This document shows, one piece after another, positions 52,236 to 64,000 of a DNA stretch of 64,000 nucleotides. The position numbers were made by a program, and so were the translations under genes. The notes under the pieces are model-generated. The model was not told the DNA's origin, ran no database searches, and worked only from the letters and a program-made list of their open reading frames with translations. Location: NCBI RefSeq assembly GCF_006345805.1, contig NC_043007.1, positions 1,054,001 through 1,118,000 of the forward strand. The letters run 5' to 3'. Each line of letters starts with the position of its first letter. Position 1 is the first letter of the stretch. Source of the stretch: Octopus sinensis (Eukaryota).

Positions 52236-52416
52236 CTCTTTATTTGCTTCAGTCATTTGACTGTGTCCATGCTGGAGCACCGCCTTTAGTCGAGCAGATC
52301 GACCCCAGAACTTATTCTTTGTAAGCCTAGTATTTATTCTACCGGACTCTTTTACGGGGACGTAAACACACCAGCATCGGTTGTCAAGCGATGTTAGGGG
52401 GAAAAACACAGACACA

Positions 52417-52504
<88 letters not shown>

Positions 52505-52670
52505 TACGACGGGCTTCTTTCAGTTTTCGTCTACCAAATCCACTCACAAGGCTTTAGTCGGCCCGAAGCTATAGTAGAAGACACTTGCCCATGATGCCAC
52601 GCAGTGGGATTGAACCCGGAACCATGTGGTTCGTAAGCAAGCTACTTATCACACAGCCACTCCTGCGCCT
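52236..52670 (-). mobile_element. SINE family A
   Basis: Family-A match. Confidence 0.92.
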
Positions 52671-52862
52671 GATGTTTTCTTTTTGTGTCCCATTTTATAC
52701 AGATAAGACTATGATGTTCTATAAACGTTGATGGCTACCCGAATCTTAATATTGCAAAAACAAAAAAGTAGAAAGTAAGGATATTACACGTAAATATGGA
52801 AAAAAAAGTCCTTAATAGAAAACACGAAAGCAGGGCAGCCATGTTTTAATACAACACACACA

Positions 52863-52916
<54 letters not shown>

Positions 52917-53336
52917 ACACACACATCTAAGACACGGCAAAAATTTTCACTGAAAGAAAGAGGAACCTGATAAAAAAAAAATATTTGAATTATTTCACTT
53001 TATATTTCAGGACTTTTTATAAAGAAAAGCAATACGGAAAGAATGTAAAAGATAAGATTTATTTGTTTGCATAGGTCATTTGTACGATTTGTGACCGACA
53101 AAGAATGACATGAGCAAAAAAGAGAAGAGAGAGAGAGAGAGAAGGAAAAGGGGGGGGGAGAATGGGGAAATAAATTGTTTTCAAAACCTACTCAACCATG
53201 TTGTAACGAATCGAGCGAGCGTGAGAACTTTCTGATGACAACATATTACGTGTTTGTACACCCGCTTGTCAACGGGTTGCAGCCGGAATAAAAAACATGT
53301 CTGCTTGCGTTTGTGCGTGTGAATGTATGTATGCAT

Positions 53337-53368
<32 letters not shown>

Positions 53369-53620
53369 TGCATGTATGTATGTATGTATGTATGTATGTA
53401 TGTATGTATGTATGTATGTATGTATGTGTATGTATGTTTGTACATGCGCATTTGTTTGTAGGCATGTTCGTACACTTGTCTGTCGGTGTACAAGAAGAGA
53501 TATACAAAACGGGAATGTGTGTATATATATGTGTGTGTAGGCATGTATGTGAGTGCATGTATGTGTATGCATGTGTATGCATGGTGTGTGTGTGCGTGTG
53601 TATGTGAGCGTGTGCGCGCG

Positions 53621-53666
<46 letters not shown>

Positions 53667-53751
53667 CCCCCCTATATATATGTATATACATACATGCCTA
53701 TACGAAAATATCTATCTATCTACACAGAAAAATATACATAAATACATACAT

Positions 53752-54121
53752 TCTTTTATTCTTTTATTTGTTTCAGTCATTTGACTGTGGCCATGCTGGA
53801 CCACCGCCTTTTAGTCGAGCAAATCAACCCCAGGACTTATACTTTGTAAGCCTAGTACTTATTCTATCGGTCTCTAAGTTACGGGGACGTAAACACACCA
53901 CCATCGGTTGTCCAAGCGATGTTGGGGAGACTAACACAGACTCACACACACACACACACGCGGGCTTCTTTCAATTTTCGTCTACCAAATCCACTCACAA
54001 GGCTTTGGTCGGCCCGAGGCTATAGTAGAAGACACTTGCTCAAGGTGCAACGCACTGGGAATGAATCGGGAACTATGTGGTTGGTAAGCAAGGTACTTAC
54101 CACACAGCCACTCTTGCGCCT
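53752..54121 (-). mobile_element. SINE family A
   Basis: Family-A match. Confidence 0.9.
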
Positions 54122-54483
54122 ATGTATACATGCATACATATGTATGTCTGTATGTATGTATGTATGTATGTATGTTGTATGTATGTATGTATGTATGTAT
54201 GTAATGTATGTATGTCTTATGTTATGTATGTATGTATGTATGTATGTATGTATGTATGTATTATGTCCTTTATGTCAATGTATGTATGTATTATGTATGT
54301 ATGCATGATATGTAATGTATGTATGTATGTATTGTCTTTATGTACTGTATGTATGTCTTTATGTATGGTAATGTATGTATGTATGTATGTATTATCTTTA
54401 TGTATGTATGTATGTCTTTATGGTATGTATGTATGTATGTAATGTATGTATGTATGTATGTATGTATGTATATGCATGTAATG

Positions 54484-54514
<31 letters not shown>

Positions 54515-54810
54515 TGTAATGTAGGATATGTATGTCTGTATTGTATGTATGTCTTTGTATGTATGTATGTATTATGTATGTATGTATGTAAGGTATGTAT
54601 GGTCTTTATGTATGTATGTATGTATGTATGTTTTATGCATGTATGTATGTATGTATGTAAGGTGGTATGTATGTCTTTATGTATGTATGTATGTCTTTAT
54701 GTATGTATGTATGTATGTATGTATGTCTTTATGTATGTATGTATGTCTTTATGTATGTATGTATGTATGTATGTATGTATGTATGTATGTATGTATGTAT
54801 GTATGCATGT
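54122..54810. repeat. Long degenerate (TATG)n array with recurrent TCTTTA variant
   Basis: Directly visible. Confidence 0.95.
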
Positions 54811-55499
54811 TTCTATTGTGTGTGCGTTTGTGTAAGTATAAATATATTTATATTTCTGTGTGAAGAAAAAATCTAGACGGATGACCTGTTCACAGTGAAC
54901 ATAATACTCTTCCAATGTTTAAAAAAATTCTTTTTGTCTTCTTCTTGTTCATTTTTACATTTGAATTGATCTTCTGGCGTCTTCTTCGCTGAAGGTCACG
55001 TAAACGGCGAGACACTGGGAAAGCCCCTACGTTCTCATTCAACCTGTTAGTAATAACAGCCATCGTTTCCCCAAATCACTCTCGGCTGCAATGGTTCTCA
55101 GTTGGTTTTGTCTGTGATATGATTAACTCATTCTGTATAAAAATACGAAAAAAAAAAAAAATTATGAAGAAAAACGGACACGAAAATAAAAACAAAACAA
55201 GAATTAAACCGCAAACAAAAACTATACCCCAGTGAAAATTTTAGAAAAAAAAATTACACTTTTATAGATATTTAAATAAAATAAAACTTTGGGTGACTTG
55301 TTTTAGGATAAGCAAAGGGTTTCTAAATCATTAAATTATATTTTTTAAATCTTGCGCAGTGTCAAGAAGACATGTCTTTTCGACGCACCATTTGAAAACC
55401 GCTGCACACTTCTGTCTTGTATATACACAGGCACGACAGAAGTAAATAGACACGGTTATACTATTTAAAATTAATTTAAATCTATAATGCCAATATCTA

Positions 55500-56500
55500 A
55501 TATTCAGTAGACATCCCCTTTGCATTTTTCAATGCAAAGATCCTATTAGGCATGCTACTGATCAGATGACGAATATTCTCTAGAGGAATTTCTTGCCAAG
55601 TTTCATGGCTTTGAGTATGCCTTCTTATTCTGTTCATGATATATTCTGTTCATTATGACCCAGTGGTGTCTAAAAGGGTTCATATCTGGTGACTGACTTG
55701 GCCATGGAAGCTTTCTTAATGCCATTCTCTTCCAACCAAACTTGGGGTCTTCTTAGTCGTGTGACAAGGAGCCTCATCTTTCATAAATAGAGTCTTCTTT
55801 AATCATTTCACCACTGGAGAAGATTGGAAGGAGTCCTTTCTGCAATATGGACACATATTTATCTGAGTTTATGTTTCCCTCACACTCCACCAGCTCTGAT
55901 CGATCATTGCTTCAAATTGCTCCACAGACCATCACAAAATAGCTGCCATGTTTTATAGTTGGCTTCAATCTTTTCACTTCAAATTTTTGATGTCAGAGTC
56001 TCCACACCCACACTCGACCACTGTCAGAAAATACAGCAAATCTGGACTTATCAGAGAATATGACAATGTCCCAAAGCTAGTGGCCTCTCCACCTTCTCAC
56101 TGACCCAATCTTTTCTCCGCTTGATATTGGCTGGTCGAAGAAGTGGCTTCCTTCTTGCTGCTGCCATTGTAGCCAACTTTGTGGAGATACTTGACTGGTG
56201 TTCTAGAATTGACATCAACTTGTTTTACTATGTCAGAGGATTTGCAACGAGGATTATCCTCCACACTTCGCTTAACAAAGCGAAGGGTCCTGTCTGAGAG
56301 CCCTGGTCGATCTAGGCGAGGTAATGTGGATTCCTTGCCCTCTTTGGGGAATTTCACAATCACTCTATTGACCGTAGAAAGTGGGATCCCAATGGTTTTT
56401 CTGCGATTTTACTCTGACTAGATCCACCTTCAGAGTGATTCACAATACGGCCTCTTTGAAATTCGGACAGTTTCAAGCCTTATTTTGTCTGTGGCATGAC
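55500..56500 (-). pseudogene. Tc1-family (DD34E-type) transposase relic
   Basis: Minus-strand pieces RRKPLL, WDIVIFSDKSRF, VMVCGAI, FMKDEAPCH and LPWPSQSPDMNP; multiple stops and frameshifts. Confidence 0.85.
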
Positions 56501-56650
56501 TAATCAGTGGCATACAGAAACCTGAAACATAAATATGCCAATTAATAAAAAAAATATAAACTTTTCAAGTTAAAATAAGCTTAAAACGATGTTTTATGGG
56601 GTGTCATGTCTGTAGATGCGTGTGTATGTGTGTGTATATATGTGTATATA

Positions 56651-56693
<43 letters not shown>

Positions 56694-56840
56694 TATATAT
56701 ATATATCTGTCTATATATATATATCACGTGATCACGTGACCGACCAGACCATCAGATGTTGTTACACATCGCTGGTCACAATGCGTTCGCATTGTTTTTT
56801 AGCCTTCGAATGACTCCACCCCGCTGGCTAAGCGAGCAGG

Positions 56841-56884
<44 letters not shown>

Positions 56885-56890
56885 TATATA

Positions 56891-57757
56891 CAAGGTGCGA
56901 TGGTAAATTAATGCCATTCATATTTTTAATTTCGCGCATGCGGATTATATTTTTAGATTTTGTCGACTACACCGTATAGTAGGGTCAGTTGGGCCCCGTC
57001 TGTGAGAAAAACAACATCGTGACGCAATTCACTCTGCCAGAAACTTGTAAACGCCATGCTGTACTGCTTGGCATTCGCGCCGGAAGCTCCAATACGAACA
57101 TATCAGAGTGTATGGGTGTCAATCTGTGGACAGTGCAATCTGAGGACATTTATCGAGAGTGATAAAAATCAAACACCCAGTCAACATGGTGTTTTGGAGT
57201 GATTACTAGTGATGGTGACATTATGCCTCCATTCATCTTCTCACTCGGCCTCAGCCTCAACACAGAGGCCTACATCAAGTGCCCAGAGGAGGTAGTGACA
57301 CCCTAGGTGAAGAGGATGGCTGCTGGAAGACCCTATGTCTGGCAACAGGACTCTGCACCATGCCACACAAACAGGAGAATCCAGTCCTGGTTGTCAGACA
57401 ATTTCTGTGACCACATGACCCCTAACTCCCCACATTGCAACCCCCTTGATTATTATGTGTAGGGCACAGCTGAGCAAGAGACCAACAAAACTCCTTGTAA
57501 CACTAAAGATGAACTGAAGGCAAGGATTATGGAAGCATTCACCAACTTAAACAAAGAGACCATACACAAGAGTTGCAGGAGATTCTGAAGTCGTCTGGAA
57601 GCCATGGTTGAAGCCAATGGCAATTTTATTGAATAAATTTACTCTTTAGTATTTCAAGATATTTTTATCTAAATTTGGTAAATATCTGTTAAAATTAGAT
57701 GTCAGCGTTATTTTCTTTTTTGCATTATTTAGACGACAATTTATTCACTGCACCCTG
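56891..57757 (+). mobile_element. maT-like (DD37D) element, internally deleted, with TIRs
   Basis: TA|CAAGGTGCG...TGCACCCTG|TA; MVFGVITSDG, RPYVWQQDSAPCH, NSPHCNPLDYYV, SRLEAMVEANGNFIE*. Confidence 0.88.
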
Positions 57758-57769
57758 TACACACACACA

Positions 57770-57841
<72 letters not shown>

Positions 57842-58240
57842 CATAATTTATAATTTTCACTTTTACCGTTTATCAAATCAGCATACGATTTCAACGGAAA
57901 TCTTATAAATTGACAAAGCGGGTAACGCTTAACCCGAGGCGCGGTGAGAGCCACTAATGAGCATTAAAGGAAATGCGAAATTTCGATGTTCTAGCTATGC
58001 CCGCTGCTGTAGAGGGTTCGCCTCCCTTGTCAGTCATTAGGATAGTGCTTATCGTGGCTTTTGAGTTGTTTTGACTCTTATTTCTAGTAATACTGGCGCT
58101 GATTAGTGCCTTTGGTTCACTTTAGTGATGAATATATTTCTGCCTTTAGGTCGCAAAATTGTGAATTAGTCACCCATATTATTTATGTAGTATATAGATA
58201 TGTAATATATAATATATGTATGTATGTATGTATGTATGGT

Positions 58241-58562
58241 ATGCAGTTTCGGCTTTGGAAACAGTGAAAACTTGTAGATATGAATCCAGTTGTACATAAA
58301 AAATGTTTTTCTTCGGTGATCTTGAAAGAAATTTCCACACCTTTCAAATTATACGACTTCCAAGTCTATAATCGCCCACAGTTTTCTTTTTCCGTAACCA
58401 ATAATGATACTGGACCTGTTATACGTGAATTTGGCGGATGTTTTGATGGGAATACTTCACCAATATTCCTCATGATGTGTCATATCTGTGTGTTATTCAA
58501 CAACGAAGTCCTTTTTTTATATATTCTCCCCAGGGCTGTCATTCCTCCCGAATGGCATTTTT
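58241..58562 (-). pseudogene. Decayed RLE-domain fragment related to 45700-46205, bounded by (TATG)n
   Basis: GTTTTGATGGGAATACTTCACCAATATTCC resembles GTTTTGATGGGAATATTCCATCAGTATTCC at about 46157. Confidence 0.65.
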
Positions 58563-58580
58563 GTATGCATATATGTATGC

Positions 58581-58613
<33 letters not shown>

Positions 58614-58632
58614 TGTATGTATGTATGTATGT

Positions 58633-58739
58633 CATTATTCAGTTTATTTCAAGATTTGTTGCCAATAGAGAAAGGACCGGTTTCTAACCTAGATCCAAGC
58701 CTCCTTCATTGGAATTTCAACATCAACAACAGGGTAATT
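58633..58739 (-). mobile_element. 3'UTR-only copy of a (CATA)n-associated RLE retrotransposon
   Basis: AGGACCGGTTTCTAACCTAGATCCAAGCCTCC resembles GGAGCCGGCTTCCAATAAAGATACAAGGCTCC (~45736); (TATG)n on both sides. Confidence 0.6.
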
Positions 58740-59224
58740 ATGTATGTATGTATGTATGTAGGTTATGTATGTATTGTCATGTATGTATGTAATGTATGTC
58801 ATGTATGTATGTATATGTATGTAAATTGAGAATGCCATCTGTGTGTGTGTGTGAGGGGGTATTGCGAGTGTGTACTCTACACACAAATGTTAACAATTCA
58901 TTTTTTTTTACATTCATTAGCTTGTTTGTTCTTATTGTTGTGTTTTGTATTATGCTGTTGTGCAATGGCCTCTTTTCGGCGCCGTATAACATTGAAAATA
59001 ATCATTCTCATCGTGATATCATCGTCGTCCTCGCCGCCGCCATCATCATCATCATCATCATCGTGAACAGGATTGAAGAAGTGTCCGTGTGATTTTAAAA
59101 AAAAAGTTTTGTTTGATTGTTATCGTCCATCTTGCTTAGTCATCAGAAGAAGGAAAGAAGCGACCATGTTTTGTTTTTTCTATTTTTATTTTCTTTCTTT
59201 TCTTATTTTATTTCCTCTTTCCGG

Positions 59225-59528
59225 GGTGCAGGCATGGTCGTGTGGTTAACAAGCTCCCTTCGCAATCCTTTGATTTCGAGTTCGGTCCTTTAGTCCATAC
59301 CTCGGGTGAGTGGCTTGTATTATAACCCTGGGCTGATTTACACCTTTCGAGTGAATCTGGTAGACAAGAAGTGTATGGAGGCTCGTCGTATCTCTCTTTC
59401 ACTCTTTCTCTCTCTCTTTCGCTTTCTCCATCTTTTGTGTGTGTGTGTGTACGTCTCTTTGTGTCTGAGTTTGTTACCTTACTATCGCTTACAATCGGTG
59501 TTGGTTTGTTTACGTTTTCCTAACAATT
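59225..59528 (+). mobile_element. Old diverged SINE family A, cut off by the palindrome
   Basis: GCAGGCATGGTCGTGTGGTTAAC..GAGTGAATCTGGTAGAC..GGTGTTGGTTTGTTTACG. Confidence 0.65.
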
Positions 59529-59839
59529 TTGCGCTAAAAGTGGGAAATTTACAGCACGTCCATTAGTGATAGTGACATAACATTTTTTGTAGACGTGCTG
59601 TGTTTAAAAACCAATGTATATCTATAATAATAAATGCCAAAACGAATGTATATCTATAATAATAAATGCCAATGTATATCTATAATAATAAATGCCAAAA
59701 CGAATTTCTGTGTGTCAGTGTGACCATTGTTCCCTGGGACACTTAATCAACTTTTAGCTACCTTGTAATTATTCACCTGGATCTTTTCTATAAATTGTAC
59801 ACTCATATATATATCTGGATCTTTTCTATAAATTGTACA

Positions 59840-59887
<48 letters not shown>

Positions 59888-60128
59888 TGTACAATTTATA
59901 GAAAATATCCAGGTGAATAATTACAAGGTAGCTAAAAGTTGATTAAGTGTCCCAGGGAACAATGGTCACACTGACACACAGAAATTCGTTTTGGCATTTA
60001 TTATTATAGATATACATTGGCATTTATTATTATAGATATACATTGGTTTTTAAACACAGCATGTCTACAAAAGATGTTATGTCACTATCACTAATGGACG
60101 TGCTGTAAATTTCCCACTTTTAGCGCAA
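59529..60128. repeat. ~600-bp near-perfect palindrome centred on (TA)n
   Basis: Left arm starting TTGCGCTAAAAGTGGG is the reverse complement of the right arm ending CCCACTTTTAGCGCAA. Confidence 0.95.
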
Positions 60129-60142
60129 TATATATATATATA

Positions 60143-60446
60143 TTGTTATATTTCGGAATGGTCATTTTGCCAGTTTAGCCAATAAAAACACACGCACTAT
60201 ATATTTGGTGTTCATACAATAGAAATACAAAATGGCTGACGGTTAGTAAGGAGAGACACAAATAAGTGAGAAGAAAACAAAGGACCACTGATGCGGTCAC
60301 AGGAGTGTGACGAAAGAACTCTGGCCGAAATTAGATTAAGATTAATGTAAAAAATAAATAACACTGAAGCAAAGTAACACCAAATATATAGTGCGTGTGT
60401 TTTTATTGGCTAAACTGGCAAAATGACCATTCCGAAATATAACAAT
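60143..60446 (+). mobile_element. Fold-back PLE-like element with ~68-bp perfect inverted arms and a hammerhead-like fold (60283-60326)
   Basis: TTGTTATATTTCGGAATGG..TTTGGTGTT is inverted at about 60377-60445. The spacer has CCA CUGAUGC GGUCAC..GUGAC GAAA GAAC UC UGG. Confidence 0.7.
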
Positions 60447-60518
60447 ATCTGTTTCAACATACGACTTCACATAAAAAATCTTGCACAACAAATATTTAAA
60501 CGTATATATATATATATT

Positions 60519-60557
<39 letters not shown>

Positions 60558-60562
<5 letters not shown>

Positions 60563-60861
60563 GTATATTTGCCACTTAAATGTGGCTAACCACTAAGGGT
60601 GGGTGCTACTGTAGCTTGTAGCCCCAGGAGAGCATCTTTTCTAGCTAGCTATTGACACACTTTGTGTGCCCTATCAGTATTTGCAAAGAAAGCCATCCTT
60701 CCCATCGTCGATCTGACGTGATATGCACGGACCCGGGTTTCTGAGTGTTTACTCGTTTGGGTATTTACCGATCGTCAGAGAAGATGTTCTCTTGGGGCTA
60801 CAAGCTACAGTAGCATCCACCCATAGTGGCTAGCCACATTTAAGTGCCAAGTATACTTCAC
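60558..60861 (-). mobile_element. Fold-back PLE-like element with ~82-bp inverted arms and a truncated hammerhead core
   Basis: Arms 60558-60640 and 60779-60861; minus spacer CUGACGA..GAAAC CCGG GUC. Confidence 0.65.
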
Positions 60862-60936
60862 ATTGTCGTGCAGTTACTGTTTTATACCCGTTCAGAGATT
60901 TATTATTGAAATAATTAACGTACATATATATGTATA

Positions 60937-60971
<35 letters not shown>

Positions 60972-61045
60972 ATATATATATATTATATAATATATATATA
61001 TATATATATAAACGGAGTTAAACACAGGTTTTTCAAATTCTTTTA

Positions 61046-61130
61046 TTTCCGACACATGTTTCGAAGATATCACTGGTATTATTCCAAAGGAATAAATAGT
61101 GTAAAACAATGTAATCTTCTCTTCAGGAAA
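61046..61130 (-). ncRNA. Type I minimal hammerhead ribozyme
   Basis: Minus strand UUUC CUGAAGA GAAGAU..AUCUUC GAAAC AUGU GUC GGAAA. Canonical core, 6-bp stem II, GUC triplet. Confidence 0.8.
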
Positions 61131-61357
61131 GTGAAGAAATGAAACTCGTCAATAAGACATTTTAACAGAAAATGATGGATATGTATAGTGATTAACTGAA
61201 CGCTATAAATATTGTTTCAAAAAAAATTCACGTAAACCCGAAGTTTCTACCTTTAAAAACAAGGAGTTACAACCTCTTTACTTGTGACTTTTTGCTACCC
61301 TGGTAACTATTTATCTATTTTTTTCCGTGTTAATTGTTAACAAGGGAAAATACACAC

Positions 61358-61890
<533 letters not shown>

Positions 61891-63451
61891 ACACTATTTA
61901 GTTTCCTCATATACATGTAGGGTTGTGAAAGGCGAAGGTTCAGACGCTGGGTTAACAACCTGCCCCTTAAAGACAGAAAAAAAGCAGCAAAAAAAAAAGA
62001 AAAGGTGAAGAATATTAAAAAGATCCTCGAAGAAATAAAACAAAAATTCATTGCATCACGATGCTAGGGTGAAAGTTCAACCCTTGTTGGGACGGTTCTG
62101 GATAAAAGTCGAAAGAAAATTCAAACTCCCAAATTTGAATGTTGCGTCTGCGTGAAGAGGACATTCGATAGCATTCATTGAGATTCCACATGGGGTATCA
62201 CATAAGTATAACGGTTCCTGGATCACTTACCATGATAATTCGCTCGGGTTGCATTCCGTGAACGCAGCCAATCGGGTACAGTTGGGGGAGGACTGCCGTC
62301 TGGTGCTCAAACATGCGCAATAAGGACCAACTGACGGAATATTTTTTTTTACCTTTGGTTATTTGTCAGTAATCTGGTAACCAATGTTCTTGTTGCAAAA
62401 AAAAATTAAAAAATTAAAAAATAAAAGGGACCATAAAAACACCGGAAAAGATAACTTGTGGATTATATTAAATTCATTTTCAAAGTGTTTGTGTCATTAT
62501 TATTATTTGTCGTTCGTCTCTGTGTATTTCCAACATTCTTTGCGAATTTCAAAGATCCATGATTGCTGTGAAGTGTCACAGACGTAATCCAACTCGGGTG
62601 TCGGCACGTAGAGACATAAATACTTATAAACACAGAAAAACAAACAAATGCACACATACACACACACATACAAATGCGTGCACACACACACGTGCTCACG
62701 CACAAATACATTAACGTATTTTTTTGTTTGATATTTCTGAAGACAGCCGATGGCTATCAAAAAAACTTACTCGGGATTCATTTTTGTCCTTCACCATCTA
62801 AATATATTATTTGTTGTTTCTCCCAATCTTTTTGTCCACGCAGTTCACGAGCAGTAAAGTTAGTTGCTATACTGTTGTTGTTGTTGTTGTTGCTGTCTAT
62901 CTCGGGCCAACTTCGATCAGCTAAATCTAATATCAAGATGTTTCATCCATCACCGTTTCGCCTTGTTATTTCATTCAAACATAGTTGAGATGCTAAAGCC
63001 TGATTCGAGGGAGATTTGGCTACTGTTTATTGCAGCTGAAGAGATTACAGAGAGGCTTTCTTCTTGATAAAGTCAAAGTATTACCTTCCATGCAGCATTA
63101 ATATCTAAAAGCAGAGAGACTCCGCAATCTTGTTCCGTGTTACATTCATAAACATGGCGACAAGTATAACTACTAAACCAACAACTACTGTTGACTTATT
63201 TATCTAAAGAGACAGGTTGGTTATTTTAAAACTAGTTTTAGCATAGTTTTACAACAATTTGACATTTCATACAACACCTTGAAACTATCATGAGAAATTG
63301 GCTTATAATCGATATTTTTGACATATATTCCTATCAACTTTGCACGCCACCAGATCTTTTGTACAAATCTTTGTTAAATTTTATTCAATTTTCCGTGATT
63401 TTGCAGGTTGCTAACCAACGCGATTTGAATTGTCTTTTCTTTTATTCTATT

Positions 63452-63845
63452 ATTCTTTTATTTGTTTCAGTCATTTGACTGCGGCCATGCTGGAGTACCG
63501 CCTTTAGCCGAGCAAATCGACCCCAGGACTTATTCTTTGTAAGCCTAGTACTTGTTCTATCGGGCTCTTTTGCCGAACCGCTTGGTTACGGGAACATAAA
63601 CACACCGACATCAGTTGTCAAGCGATGTTGGGGGGACAAACAGACACACAAACATATACATATATATATATATATATATACGACGGGCTTCTTTTAGTTT
63701 CCGTCTACCAAATCCACTCACAAGGCTTTGGTCGGCCCAAGGCTATAGTAGAAGACACTTGCCCAAGGCGCCATGTAGTGGGACTGAACCCGGAACCATG
63801 TGGTTGGTAATCAAGCTACTTACCACAAAGCCACTCCTACGCCTA
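63452..63845 (-). mobile_element. SINE family A, full length
   Basis: Family-A match from head to tail. Confidence 0.92.
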
Positions 63846-64000
63846 TAACAATCTTAAAGTCTTACTTTCTAAAAATATCTATCTATCTCCGAAACTGCAT
63901 ATCAGCAAAAGACATAAATATCGTTTCGAAAATCGATAAACTAGAATTGTCGAACGAAGTCCTTTCTTACATTTGTTGTGGTAAAGTTGTACAGACAATC

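Overview
AT-rich, microsatellite-dense animal DNA. The SINE families and repeat landscape resemble an octopus (coleoid cephalopod) genome; this is inferred, not verified. No intact protein-coding gene is visible, and most listed ORFs are translations of microsatellites or SINEs. The window holds about 35 SINE copies from about 5 families, relics of mariner (DD34D), Tc1 and maT-like (DD37D) transposases, hAT and piggyBac-type MITEs, a non-autonomous Helitron, a HINE-like element, and RTE, CR1-like, Penelope and R4/Dong-like retrotransposon fragments. Four signals stand out. (1) Five hammerhead-ribozyme folds (one with a variant core) plus one truncated core lie in Penelope-type non-coding elements, several inside fold-back inverted repeats and one inside a 494-bp direct-repeat unit. 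(2) Several retroelements each sit in their own microsatellite: R4/Dong in (TAA)n, a second RLE family in (CATA)n, a SINE in (CAG/CAA)n, and fold-back elements in (TA)n/(TG)n. (3) A ~600-bp near-perfect palindrome lies at 59.5-60.1 kb. (4) A CpG-depletion boundary near 22.4 kb suggests a methylated gene body to the left. Repeat boundaries were read by eye and are approximate unless a TSD or TIR is quoted.
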